In this document: positions 11,505 through 23,047 of the stretch, one piece after another
How positions within the stretch are numbered: the first letter of the stretch is position 1
Layout: the number at the start of each line of letters is the position of its first letter
Source of the DNA: Naegleria gruberi
Taxonomy: Eukaryota
Length of the DNA stretch: 64,000 bases
Strand: one strand, 5' to 3'
Assembly (NCBI GenBank): GCA_000004985.1
Contig: GG738890.1
Notes under the pieces: generated by a model
What the model saw: only the letters and a program-made list of their open reading frames with translations
What the model was told of the DNA's origin: nothing
Database searches by the model: none
Position numbers and translations under genes: made by a program

Positions 11505-11662
11505 TTTTTTTGACTAGTTTATTTATAAATTTGTGAACTTGATATTTTGTAATGGATGAACTAGTTCATACTGGTTTTCATAGTTCATTATTGAAAATTT
11601 GTTTGGGTCATATCATGTAATGAGTTAATTATTGAATTATTGCTTGAAAACAACTGAGCAAT

Positions 11663-13219
11663 TTATTTGTGTATTCTTGTTTGAATCATTTCACTGAAAA
11701 GATCACTCACACTGAATCTTATGAACATGTCTTGAAGTACGGAAGCAGTCATTTCATTCAGTACTTCATCAAATAGTAATGGTGCTTGTGAAAGGAAGAA
11801 ATCTTCCTCAACTTTATCAGAGAATATTTCAGATATTTTGAATTTCACATCTTGCCTTAATTTGTCTCTTGTGTTTACGTACATTATCGAAGATTCATCA
11901 AAAAGGAAGTACTTTCCAATTGACTCTGCAACAATTTTTGCCTTACTGAAATTATTAAACTTGGAAGTAAGGGGTTTGTACTTTAAATTAATATCCTCCC
12001 AAAATATGATATTTTCAGAGTTATATTCCTTTGAGCTCATTATCTTAAAGTATTTTCTAAAGTGATCTGTTTGGAGAATCATATTTACATCAATAGTTTT
12101 TGGATCAATATTTTGATAGAATTCAATATCTGCTGCAAAACATGATCTAGATTTGGGTATATTTCTTTCTTTTGATTTACAAATATTGAGTGAATCTTGT
12201 TCCAAAGATTGTTTCATTTCTGTGCTTAGTGATTGTAAATCTGATGTTCCTGGAATCATCTTATATCTTGGTACAGTTGAGAAGAATGATTCAATGCTCT
12301 TCATTATTCCTCCCATATTTGCAAAAGTCGTATTAACCGTAGTGACCTGATCAGTGGTAATTGGCTGTGCTGACTGCTGACTGGCCCCTTCAATTTCAAT
12401 CATTACTTCTCTTTCTGAACTTGAATGGTTATTTGAATGACTATTTTCCTTATCAGTTGCATTTGCAAGAAGACTATCAATGATCAAATCTGAAATTGGG
12501 GATGCAATTGTTTTATCCATGTGAAGAACCAAATCTTTGATTATATTTGGACATGCATCTGCATAGTTGTGTCTCCATGACTTGGCAACCTTTCCATTTC
12601 TAATGAGAAACATACATGGTTTGATTCTAAATGAATTGTTAAAATACTTGCTGTCCATTCTTACACTTTGTTCGAACCCCTCCATATGAACCTTAGCCAG
12701 TTGAGGCATCAGATGGGATATATATGTACTAATAGGTGGTAAATTATAGAAAATATTGAATTTTGATGCAAATTGCTGTTCTGGATCATTTATCCTCACC
12801 AAGTTTTGAATTTCTGGTACTTTCCACTAATTTAGTTTTGATTCGCCACAATTTTTTGAATAAACTATTCATGTGATTCAGTAATTGCTTACCTTTGCAA
12901 AGAAACTCTCTCCCTCCTCAACATCTTCAGGATAAACAACAACAGGAATAATATTGTATTGCTTGAGAGTTCTATAAAATTCCATCAATTGATTCATTCT
13001 TCTATTGCAGAATCCACATCCTTGAAATTTAACATATCTTCTGAAAATTAACAAGATATTCGATCTACAAGACATGTCATGAATATTCTCACCATAATTT
13101 GTTATCATTTGTTGTGTTACTTGTGCAATGTCGAGTGAAAGATCTTCTGCTTCCATCTCTTTACATCGTTTTGCGTTAGGGAAGGGCGTTTTGTTCGGCA
13201 CTGGATTGTAACTCTTCAT
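11663..13219 (-). CDS. Two-exon gene (13219..12893 and 12826..11663; intron 12892..12827, GTAAGC...TTAG, phase 0). It encodes an N-terminal PRXL2/AhpC-TSA_2-type thioredoxin-fold domain (CxxC) fused to a C-terminal RGS domain
   Basis: Both track ORFs start at TTG. Joining them at the 66-nt intron keeps the frame (…FFAK|WKVPEI…). The Trx-fold block NILLIFRRYVKFQGCGFCNRR…IIPVVVYPE resembles PRXL2A (RRPGCFLCREEA…VPLYAVVKE). The RGS motif is SKEYNSENIIFWEDINLKYKPL. Confidence 0.65.
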
Positions 13220-13530
13220 GATGGTGATGCAATTACTTTGATATGTGGAATAGTATTTTTTTTTGATGCAACAAATTGAAACTGTTGGCCAACACTTGTC
13301 ATGTTGGGAAAATAGTTCATTGTTGTATGATGTTTGAAAGCATGAACTGCATGTTGGTTCATCAGCATGTTGTTGGGATAACAATTTAAAGCATTCACAC
13401 AGATGACTTTTGTAAATAAATTGAAAAATGGGAACTGTCTTTGTAAAAACAGTCTCAGTATACTCTTTATCTGTTTAAAATTCGAAAATCAAATGAAATT
13501 CTTTCAAATAATTCCAAATTTCAGTAAAAT

Positions 13531-13962
13531 CTATTTAAAAAGTTTAAATTTCTTTACAAATTTAGCCACCAGAGAACGAGGATAAGGTTTCAAAGCAATT
13601 GAAGTTGGAATATTTTCTGGTTGTTCCACCCACAATTTATATTTCATTTGATTCTTATCCAAATCATCACGAAGGGAAAGTAATTGTTTCTCCGAAGGAC
13701 ATTCCAAAACAATTGTATGCATTTGATGGATAGCATTAGCATCTACATAATTCAAAGTAATTGGATCCTTGTCAATAAGTAAACTTTCGGAAATGATGGA
13801 AACACTGGCATGACTTCCCTGAGAGACAATTGAACCAATAGCATAGGAATAAGGTGGTTGCATTAAATCTCTTCTAATGACAATGTATTGAACAATGGTA
13901 TCGATGGTGGCATTGGCTTGTGGTGGAAGTTGAGGTTCCGATGTTGATTGATTTTCGCTCAT
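13531..13962 (-). CDS. PTRHD1: PTRHD1-type peptidyl-tRNA hydrolase domain protein
   Basis: IVQYIVIRRDLMQPPYSYAIGSIVSQGSHASV and KLWVEQPENIPTSIALKPYPRSLVAKFVKKFKLFK closely parallel human PTRHD1 (LVQYLVLRKDL…AQACHAA; LWLEQPENIATCIALRPYP…YLKKFRLFK). Confidence 0.85.
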   Translation of the reverse strand: MSENQSTSEPQLPPQANATIDTIVQYIVIRRDLMQPPYSYAIGSIVSQGSHASVSIISESLLIDKDPITLNYVDANAIHQMHTIVLECPSEKQLLSLRDDLDKNQMKYKLWVEQPENIPTSIALKPYPRSLVAKFVKKFKLFK

Positions 13963-14055
13963 TTTTTTATTATTAATTTTAATATTTAATATTCTATATT
14001 ATTAAATAATATTTAAATATTTAATGTTCTTTAAAAAATTTGAAATTATTAAAAA

Positions 14056-15876
14056 ATGAAAAGAAGTAGAGAGGGAGGAAATTCATCATCCTCTGCTAAA
14101 AAAACAAATGATTTTTCATCTCCGAAGTCACTTGTTGATGTTTCAGCCTCATCCTCATCAACAAACACAAATTCATCAAATAGAGAAAAATTCTCTCAAC
14201 AATTAACTCAAGGAAAGGACCAAAAACGAAGAGGAACATCATCAAGTTACAGTTCTAAACAAACAAGTGGAAATTCATATGGTGATTCTAAATCTATGGT
14301 TGATAAAAAGAAGAGAAGTGAATTAATTAAACATTTCCAAGCAAATTATAATAAGAGATATGCACTTATTCAATATAGACATATTGATATTAAAGTGGAT
14401 AAGAGTTTGACTAAGAAATCAAAGGATGAATCTGAAAAGGAGTCTGCTGATGAAAGAAAAGCTACTTGTGATAATTTATATTCCCTTTGGAAGAGGAATT
14501 CTTTTATTTGGGAAATGATTGAGGATTTTACAAAGTATTCAAAATCTGGAGGAGGTGGTTTTGATTTGTTTAATTTCCCTAATTTATCTATTGAATTGAC
14601 CCATTATTTGCTTTGTTTAATTGACAGCAAAAAGAAGCCACAAGATTTGAAATCTTTGGATTATAAGGACGTTGTTACAAACAATGTTCAATTACCATCA
14701 ATTTATCACAGAGGTGCTGAAGATCAAGCAACTCATAGATTCCAATTGAGTTTTGTCAATTCGATGAGATCTGGTAAAGAGATGGTTCTCTTGAGAATGA
14801 GAGCTTACAATAGTACAGATGAGGAAATTAGTGAAGATTTGAGAAAGTTGGCAACTCATTCATCATTTGCCATTGCTAGAGCAGTATCTGTTTATCAGCT
14901 CTTTAATGATGCCAAAGTTTTACCTCACTCCTTTGAAGAGTATGGTAATTATACATGTCTATTCTCCTCTCCTTCCTTTAAAAAGACCAGTCCAGCAACT
15001 TCCTATGTTAAACATAAGGCAGAAGCTTTCAGCTTACTGAACTCTATTGCTCAATCTAACAAGGTCATTTCAAAGAATGAAGATTCCAACAAGAAGAAGA
15101 ATAAGAAACCATCCACAATCTCCAAGGATTCATCCACTACTGCTACTGACCCACAAGAAAACTCCCAACAACGTCCACTGCTCAAAATCAAAGAACGACT
15201 TCGAAGAAAGAATGCAAACCATTTCTCTCACCAACATTCAAACAAAAATAACAAGAAGAATACTTCTTCAACAATTGCAACTCCAACCAAAAAGAAGAGA
15301 AAGATGGATACCAGTGATGATACAACGATAGTAGTAGAAGCAACAGCAACAACAAGTGATGTAAATAATACAGCAACAACAACAACAATAGAAAATCAAC
15401 AATCATCATCATCGGAAGAAAAGAAGAAACAAGAAAAGACCAAACGAAAATATGAAGAATATTTACCACTGAATGAAATGTGGAAGGAATATATGAAAAC
15501 AACACTGGGACCTTCCTCTCTAGTGAATAATGAAACTTTACTCAAAGTTGATTATCATGGCTGTATATTTAAAGTTGTAAAGAGTAAATGTGGTTCCTAT
15601 GTTGGAAAGGAAGGAATCATGATTAAAGAAAGCGAGAATACATTCCAAATATTATCTAGAGAGAATAAGACTTTTACCATCCCTAAGAATGGATCAATCT
15701 TTCAATTTACATTTGAGAAGGAAGTCATTAACAAATCACCCAAAGTGAAAGACACTCCAAAACAACAACCACAATACAAGCACTTCCAAGTAGAAATAAT
15801 CGGAACACAATTTTGCTTTAGAACCTATGATAGAGCTTCAAAGAGATTCAAACGAAGAGACATTATTGATTTATAA
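14056..15876 (+). CDS. POP4: RNase P/MRP protein subunit POP4/Rpp29, with a long low-complexity N-terminal extension
   Basis: The C-terminal approx. 110 aa (GCIFKVVKSKCGSYVGKEGIMIKESENTFQILSRENKTFTIPKNGSIFQFTF…) fit the Rpp29 Sm-like fold consensus. ATG at 14056 follows an A-run. Confidence 0.65.
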   Translation: MKRSREGGNSSSSAKKTNDFSSPKSLVDVSASSSSTNTNSSNREKFSQQLTQGKDQKRRGTSSSYSSKQTSGNSYGDSKSMVDKKKRSELIKHFQANYNKRYALIQYRHIDIKVDKSLTKKSKDESEKESADERKATCDNLYSLWKRNSFIWEMIEDFTKYSKSGGGGFDLFNFPNLSIELTHYLLCLIDSKKKPQDLKSLDYKDVVTNNVQLPSIYHRGAEDQATHRFQLSFVNSMRSGKEMVLLRMRAYNSTDEEISEDLRKLATHSSFAIARAVSVYQLFNDAKVLPHSFEEYGNYTCLFSSPSFKKTSPATSYVKHKAEAFSLLNSIAQSNKVISKNEDSNKKKNKKPSTISKDSSTTATDPQENSQQRPLLKIKERLRRKNANHFSHQHSNKNNKKNTSSTIATPTKKKRKMDTSDDTTIVVEATATTSDVNNTATTTTIENQQSSSSEEKKKQEKTKRKYEEYLPLNEMWKEYMKTTLGPSSLVNNETLLKVDYHGCIFKVVKSKCGSYVGKEGIMIKESENTFQILSRENKTFTIPKNGSIFQFTFEKEVINKSPKVKDTPKQQPQYKHFQVEIIGTQFCFRTYDRASKRFKRRDIIDL

Positions 15877-16013
15877 ATTTATTCAAGTCATTTAATTTAT
15901 ATAATCTCTCCTTCATCATTTCATTCACATATATTAATAGAGTCAACAATTTGGATCATTATTATGAAATTCATCATTAATATTCACATATTATTATCAA
16001 ATTAATTAATTTA

Positions 16014-19000
16014 ATGAAAATTCGTCGTTCAAAAAAAATGATGCAACAACAAGGTTTGCCAACTCTTGAACAAATCAAGACGGTGCTTTTGAATACCTTT
16101 AGTAACAATCGGGCTCAACAATTAGAAGCTGAAAATTTTCTTTCTCAATTGAGACATGTTAATGGGTTCTGTAGTTCAATTTTACAATTAGTTTTGCAAT
16201 CACAACAAGAAAATAGTCAACAAGCACTTTATATTCAACAGGCAGGTGTAATTTTCTTGAAGAATTTTATTACTAAAAACTATGACGAAAGAGGAAATTT
16301 CTTTGGAGAGGAAGATAGCGAACCAACTGAAAAGTTAATTCCTATCAGTGCTGAAGATAGACAATTTTTGAGAGAAAATATCTTGAAGGCTTTGGTAATG
16401 TCCTCAACTGTTATTCAAAGTCAATTGTGTGTTGTTTTACACACAATGATTTGTACTGATTATCCAGTTAATTGGGTTAATTTGGTTGATGAAATTGTTA
16501 ATTTGTTAAAATCTAATGATGTTAGATGTGTTTATGCTGCATTGTTGGCTTTGGATTCTTTGTTAAAGAGATACAAGACTGCCCTTGAAGATCATTATAG
16601 AATTGTTGTCAATGATATTGTTTCTAGAACCTTTGATATTGTCACTGGTTTGTTCCAATACTTGTTGAGTCAAAATACTGATGAATTTGCTGTTATGAGA
16701 AAGTTGATCGTTAAGGTTATTTGGTCTGCTTTCCAAAATGGTGTTCCTCAATATTATACTTTGGAAGTTAAAGAAGGAAAATTAGATAGATTTACCAAAC
16801 TTATGGAAATGTTATTGGAATCATACAAGATTCAAGTTCCACCTCTTAATATTGATAGTGTTGAAAATCCACATTGGAAAGTTAAAAAGTGGATTGGTCA
16901 CTTTGGTTATAGATTACTTTTAACATTCTCTGCTTTGGAAGTTAGACCAAATACTTCTGCTGAAGAAGCTAAAATTGCTGAATATTTCATTTCACAACAT
17001 GCTCAAAAATTCTTACAAATCTTCCTTCAATTAGTTCAATATAATATTAAGGGATCATATGTACCATATCGTATCATTACACTCGTATTTAGATACTTGG
17101 ATGGTTGTATCTCAAATCCTGATTTATACAAGTCAACTATTATTTCTAATTTGAAGGCTCTCATTGTAGAAACAATTTTCCCATATCTCTATTTCTCATC
17201 TGGTGATAAGGAACTCTGGGAATTTGATCCTCAAGAATGGATTAGAATTGGTTATGATCTTTCTGAAGATTTGTGGAACACTAGAATTAATGCCATGGGT
17301 ACCCTCACTACTCTCTTGACAACCAGAAGAAAGGATTCATTCGGTATCTATCTTCAATATATTACTGAAGTTTTGACCAATTATGCAAATGGTACTCACG
17401 TTAATCCATCTCTCAAGGACGCTGTTCTCTATACTATTGGTAACATGTCAAAACTCTTCTCAAAGAGTGCTATGACTAAGGATAAGATTGAAGATTTATT
17501 GTTAATGTTTGTTTTCCCAGAATTCACAAACACTCAACAACCATACCTTAGAGCTAGAGCTTGTTGGGCTCTTGGTAGATTTTCCGAAATTTCATACAAG
17601 AATCCATCTACTATGAATGACGGTATGAAGCACGTCTTGAACTGTCTCCAAGATAAGCAAATTCCAGTTAGAATTCAAGCTGGTTTGACTTTGAGTTGTT
17701 TGTTGAATTTAGAGAATTCTATCCAACAAATTAGACCAATTCTTCCACAACTTTTGGATGTCTACATGAGCATTATGAACGAAATGGAACATTCAACAGT
17801 CGTTAGAAGTATTGAACTTTTGGTTGGAGCATTTGCTGAAGAAATGGAACCATTCGCTGTTTCTATCTGTTCTAGAATGAGTGCTACCTACATTAGACTT
17901 TTGGATGAAGATGATAACGATTTGGACAATGCTGAATCTGATATTCTTATGGAAAACTGTATCCAAACTATTCTCACACTCATGCAATCCTTCACCTCCA
18001 AGCCAGGTGTTTATAGACAATTGGAACCTGTCATTTTACCACTCATTTTGAAGATTTTGGAAAATCAAGAATATGGTTACGATTTTGTTGAAAATGCCAT
18101 GGATATGCTCACATATTTGACTTATTATTGTGAAAATGGAATGGTTTCTGAAAATTGTTGGTCAATCTTACCTGCTATTTATGAAGCATTCAATGGATGG
18201 GCTTATGATTTTATTGGATATTTGGTTGCTTCATTAGATAACTTTATTTCCAAGAATCCTCAAAGATTCTTACAAAACCCAGATCATGTCACTATGGTTT
18301 ATCACTTGTGTGCTAAACACTTGGGTAAGGATGCTGAAACTGTTGAAAAGGAAGCTCAAGGCGCTTGTAAGATTTTGTCGAGCATGATGCAAAATTGTAA
18401 AGGTGCTATTGATAGTGAAATTCCAAAGTATCTTGAAATGGTTATGTGTCAAATTGATTTGGCTGAATCACCTGCTTTCACTGTTTTACTTTTGGAAGTT
18501 GTTGCTGATGCCATCATTTACAATATGGAGCTTGCTCTCAGTTTTATCGAATCCAAACAATTCACTGTTAAATTATTCTCCAAATGGTTCCAAACTTTAC
18601 CTAAATTCATGAGAGTTTATGATAAGAAGATTGCAGTTATTGCATTCTCTAACATTATTGGATATCCAAACTTTTCATCTCTTCCACAAGCTCTTCAAGC
18701 TAATGTTGAATATTTGGTTAATGCCTCTATTAGACTTTTGAAAGAAATTTCTGAACTCAAGAAGAAGCTTGCCGAAGAAAAGGATAAGGAAGAAGACGAT
18801 GGCGATTTTGAGGATGATTATGATAGTGAAGAAGAAGAATATAACAATGGTGGATCAACAACTGATAAGCAAATGACATTGACTGTTGACTCTTTGAAGC
18901 ATAATCCTCATCTTCAAAAGCTTGTTGAAACTCTTACCAGCTCATCATATGATGTTCAAGCTGATGAAGAAATTGATGAAATGGAAATCTTTGATTCCTT

Positions 19001-19148
19001 ACTCGACAAGTTTGACGAAAATGTTTACTTTGGTAAAGCAATGGTTTCCTTCTCCTCCTCTCCTTCATTCCAAGCTATTGTTGCTAAATTGAGCAATGAA
19101 GATAGCAACTCATTACAACAACTCATGCAAGCTTCGATGCAACAATAA
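16014..19148 (+). CDS. Importin-beta family karyopherin of importin-7/8 (RanBP7/Nmd5/Sxm1) type
   Basis: The 1044-aa HEAT/ARM-rich protein has an importin N-terminal domain pattern (…AQQLEAENFLSQL…FCSSILQLVL…) and an acidic C-terminal stretch, as in IPO7/8. The start may be the ATG at 16014 or at 16038. Confidence 0.75.
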   Translation: MKIRRSKKMMQQQGLPTLEQIKTVLLNTFSNNRAQQLEAENFLSQLRHVNGFCSSILQLVLQSQQENSQQALYIQQAGVIFLKNFITKNYDERGNFFGEEDSEPTEKLIPISAEDRQFLRENILKALVMSSTVIQSQLCVVLHTMICTDYPVNWVNLVDEIVNLLKSNDVRCVYAALLALDSLLKRYKTALEDHYRIVVNDIVSRTFDIVTGLFQYLLSQNTDEFAVMRKLIVKVIWSAFQNGVPQYYTLEVKEGKLDRFTKLMEMLLESYKIQVPPLNIDSVENPHWKVKKWIGHFGYRLLLTFSALEVRPNTSAEEAKIAEYFISQHAQKFLQIFLQLVQYNIKGSYVPYRIITLVFRYLDGCISNPDLYKSTIISNLKALIVETIFPYLYFSSGDKELWEFDPQEWIRIGYDLSEDLWNTRINAMGTLTTLLTTRRKDSFGIYLQYITEVLTNYANGTHVNPSLKDAVLYTIGNMSKLFSKSAMTKDKIEDLLLMFVFPEFTNTQQPYLRARACWALGRFSEISYKNPSTMNDGMKHVLNCLQDKQIPVRIQAGLTLSCLLNLENSIQQIRPILPQLLDVYMSIMNEMEHSTVVRSIELLVGAFAEEMEPFAVSICSRMSATYIRLLDEDDNDLDNAESDILMENCIQTILTLMQSFTSKPGVYRQLEPVILPLILKILENQEYGYDFVENAMDMLTYLTYYCENGMVSENCWSILPAIYEAFNGWAYDFIGYLVASLDNFISKNPQRFLQNPDHVTMVYHLCAKHLGKDAETVEKEAQGACKILSSMMQNCKGAIDSEIPKYLEMVMCQIDLAESPAFTVLLLEVVADAIIYNMELALSFIESKQFTVKLFSKWFQTLPKFMRVYDKKIAVIAFSNIIGYPNFSSLPQALQANVEYLVNASIRLLKEISELKKKLAEEKDKEEDDGDFEDDYDSEEEEYNNGGSTTDKQMTLTVDSLKHNPHLQKLVETLTSSSYDVQADEEIDEMEIFDSLLDKFDENVYFGKAMVSFSSSPSFQAIVAKLSNEDSNSLQQLMQASMQQ

Positions 19149-19259
19149 ATGTAAATATTAATTTATGTAACACAAATTGTGAATTTTCTAAAAATTTAAT
19201 TCCCTAGTTCAATTAAAAAATGATTTTTTGTTAAATAAATTGTTTAGATTGAATTTTAT

Positions 19260-20216
19260 TTAGGCCATGTTGACAGTGACACCGAATTTGAATTCAGATT
19301 TAGCTGGATTAGCTTCAATTGTAGTGTTAATATTTGTTGCCATGGATGGAGCAACATCGAAACTGGCAGCAATGACGAATTGTTGATTGGCAGTAACACG
19401 GAGCTTAGCAGTTTGGAAATTTTGTTGGAAACCATAAACAAAGTTAAGAGCACGTTCGGAAATATCATAAGTAGCTTCTGTGCACAAGTAAGTATCAATA
19501 GCAACTTGTTGGAAGTAAGAAGCCTTCAAGTTATAGGTGTTAATTTGAGAGAGAGCACCAGTCACCTTAGCTTCACCAGTAATAACAGTTTGCTTTGAAG
19601 GTTGATAACGACAACAATAACCCAATCCACTAACTCTATCAGTGGTTCTAAAGAAACCAGAACAACCAAGTTGAAGGAATGGTAAAACACTTTGCATGTA
19701 GGAAACTTGTATTTTACCCTTTTCAAGATCATATTGAGCATCAATAATATAATCCTTGTCGGTAAAATCACCCTTGATGTAGAGAGCATTATTAGCACTC
19801 ACATAAGTAATTTCACTGTAAAGCATTTCCTTGAAGAATTTATGTCTCAACGACACATAGTGAAGAAAGTGTGGGAAACCAATTTGGGAGAAAAATTGTG
19901 TCTTCTTATTGGAAAATGAAAGTGTTGTGTTATAATCAGGAGCTCTCATTCCGTTACCTCCAACGAAAATACTGTGTCCCATGGAAAACTCATGTTGAGC
20001 TGAATGATTAATATTCTTGTTTAATTGAACAGTGAATCCTTCTCCAACATCCGATACAAATAATTCTTTGGCTTCCTTGTTATAATCTTCATATTTACGA
20101 GGTTCCTTCAAACCCTTTGCTTTACGAACATTCTTGAGGTAATTATTTAAATTATCGACCAAGCTTGATGATGTATTGGATGATGTTGTTGATGCTGCTT
20201 GCTGTCTATTGTTCAT
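19260..20216 (-). CDS. TOM40: Mitochondrial outer-membrane beta-barrel porin, most consistent with Tom40
   Basis: The N-terminal motif PRKYEDYNKEAKELF resembles the conserved Tom40 N-segment (NPGT.E…KELFP). The alternating beta-strand pattern runs through to the C-terminus (…FKFGVTVNM). Confidence 0.55.
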   Translation of the reverse strand: MNNRQQAASTTSSNTSSSLVDNLNNYLKNVRKAKGLKEPRKYEDYNKEAKELFVSDVGEGFTVQLNKNINHSAQHEFSMGHSIFVGGNGMRAPDYNTTLSFSNKKTQFFSQIGFPHFLHYVSLRHKFFKEMLYSEITYVSANNALYIKGDFTDKDYIIDAQYDLEKGKIQVSYMQSVLPFLQLGCSGFFRTTDRVSGLGYCCRYQPSKQTVITGEAKVTGALSQINTYNLKASYFQQVAIDTYLCTEATYDISERALNFVYGFQQNFQTAKLRVTANQQFVIAASFDVAPSMATNINTTIEANPAKSEFKFGVTVNMA

Positions 20217-20632
20217 TCTCTTTTTAATATGATGATGAAAAGGTTAAAAGGCAACAAATACGACGACGATGAAAAATTCTTGTTGTGTATTTGCAATATT
20301 TTTTTGTCGGCACTTGTTTTGAGTCAAAGCAAGAATTAACGCTGAACCCAATCAACTTTTTCAAATATTACAAACCAAAAGCACAGTAAAAAGCTTGCCA
20401 AGAAAATTCTAAAGAAAAACAATCAATAATAATTTAAATTGAGACAAAATGATCATGAAGCACCCCAAAGTGAAGAGATGGTAAAAATCGATTGATTACA
20501 TTTTGATAGAATTAAAAAACAATGAATTCCGAACATGATGAATTTGATTGATAAGTGGTGTGGAAAATTCTCATGTATTTATTTGAATACGAATCAAAAG
20601 TTTACAGTAATAGTACAGGCAAAATTGTTAAC

Positions 20633-22848
20633 TTAATAACCTTGTTGCTGTTCAAAAGATGAGTTTTCTCCATCTTGGCGTTCTTCAGAGGATTGAGACA
20701 GTGAAAGGGCATTAGCTGTTTGTTTCATTAATTGAGTTACGGTAGCAACTTGTTTCTTAACTTGCTTGGCTTGCTCTTCCATATCTTGTGTTTCAAACAC
20801 TCCAAGACTCTTATAGATCGAATTCATGTAAGGAATCATTTTAACTTCAATAATCTTACGAAGGGCTTGTTTTTCCTTCTCCTTAGTTCCTAGCCCCGCA
20901 TCAGAAACTCTTTGTAAATGAATGAGAGCAGCTGTCTTTCTGTCAAGAGCATCTTCCAACATTTTTTGATGGTGATCATAGGCATCCAATTCCTCTTGAA
21001 GGGAAAGGATTGTTTCATCTCTTTCGTTTAATCTAGCTGTTAATGCAATCATGATATCTCGTTGTTTTAACAATAGTTGCTTATATCTGTCAACTTGTGC
21101 CTTATCTTCCTCTATGGATTGCCTTTCTCTCTCCAATTCTTGTAATTTTTTCTCATATTGTTTGTGAACTCGTTCATATTCTTGTTTAATCAACTTTCTA
21201 AAAGCTGGGGTTTCTTCAATTTTCTCACCACCAACTAGTAATTGGGATTGTAAGTGAGCAATCTTTTCTTCCAATTTTCTCTTCAAAGTCTTTTCGTGAA
21301 GGAACTCTCTTGATCTGGATTCCAATGCTTCAATGGCTGCCAATTTATCTTCTTCTGCTCTTCTTCTTTGTTCTTCTAATTCTAAAATTCTTTGTTTTCC
21401 AACAACAGTTTTACTCTTCTTTGAGAGCTCTATTCTGAGCTTCTTCAATTCTTTTTCGTATTTTCTAAGCAAAGCCCTTTGATCTAAATCCTCATTGACA
21501 GTTACAATATTCTTGATACATTTAGCTCTCTTGGCAAAGTGGAGAGTGGAGAGAGATTCACCGTGGAATTCCATAGCCGGAGAAACCATGGCCAACATGG
21601 TAGTCCTGCAATTACCTCCCAAACTGTCAGCCAATAAACTTGTAAGCTTTGAGTTTCTGTATGGAACATAGTTGTCTTTCTTTGTGAGAGCGGAAATAAC
21701 CATACCCAAACAAGTCAGAGACAAGTTGATCTTTTTAGTTTCTTCTAAAAGTTCTCCAGAGGCACCACTTACTGACACTCTTTCACTTCCAGCCAAGTCA
21801 ACAAGATTAAGCTTACCAATACGATAAGATTCTTTAACTTCCTGCACAACCTCTTTTCCAGTGATGGCGTCTGCATTGGCACAATCGATATCTTCCTCAT
21901 TTGAAATTGTTCTTTCCAAATGTTCTGCAACAATGATAAACACTGCGTGAGATCTACTACTTCCTTCGTTGAGTTTTGTAGGGGCTTTAGCTCTTCCCTT
22001 TCTTCCTTTGTCAATCAATTGATAAATTTCTTTAGGTGTTCTTACAACTTCTTCAGTCAACCCTTCAACGCAGGTTCCTTTCTTTTTATATTCTCTTATT
22101 GTTAAATTTGTTTTTGTTGGATCCAACAGATCATAAATTACTTCCTTATAAATTTGTAAGTAAGATGCTCTGATTAAAAAATTAACATTTGAAGATCCTT
22201 TTGTTTCAATATCTGATTCTATTTAAGAATATCGGAATCAATAAAACTTACATTCAAAAATGTCCTCTGTTGCTCTTGGAATAACACCTCTTAATTCCCT
22301 CTTATTTTCGAACCCTTCCATAGTATAGGTCTTGCCTGTACCAGTTTGACCGTATGCAAATAAGGTTGCCTGATTGAAAGTAAGATAAAATCAATCCCTT
22401 AACAACTTACATTGTATCCTTTAAGTACTGATAATACAGCTCCTCTGGCATGATTTTCATAAATTTCGTCTTGTCTACTATCCTCGCCATAGATATGATC
22501 AAATGTAAATGAATGTCCTACAGAGTAGTTTGCATCAGGTGAATCCGAAATCACCATGCTCTTCCTTGAATCACTAATCCTAATTGTACTGATAAGAGGT
22601 TCACCTCTATCTTGACATCCCTTTAATTCTCTTGGAAGGAATGGTCTAACACGAATAACAACGGTAATGTTTTCCTTTGGTGAATCATCATATTCAGCCT
22701 CGGCAACTGTGAGTTCTTCATGGTATTCTTCGTTTTCATCCTGAGCCAGATTATTTGTACTTTGACTTCTGTTGCCACTTGGCACAGCTCCTGAAGGCAA
22801 AGCAGTAATACTTCTTCTCAAACTTCCACTCGACTGACTTCTATTCAT
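20633..22848 (-). CDS. Kinesin motor protein with three exons: 22848..22411, 22369..22252 and 22212..20633. Introns are 22410..22370 (GTAAGT…CAG) and 22251..22213 (GTAAGT…CAG)
   Basis: Motor motifs: IRVRPF, GYN|[19 protein letters not shown] (P-loop, spanning intron 1), [16 protein letters not shown], and [18 protein letters not shown]. The neck sequence [16 protein letters not shown] is kinesin-2/OSM-3-like. A long coiled-coil tail follows. Exon phases check: 438 nt, 118 nt, then 1580 nt gives an in-frame total. Confidence 0.8.
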
Positions 22849-23047
22849 ATTTTTTTTTAAAAAATGTTTTTTGTTTGAGATTGGCGGGAAAGTTTTTACA
22901 GTTGGTGTATGATTCATTATTGGATCTAGATTTTGGCGGCCTATTTTTAAAATGGCATAATTGTTGTTGAATTATTCCTTTGATTTTACATAATTTTTTT
23001 TGGTTTTTTATTTTAAAATACATACAGAAATAATTGTCGATTATAAA

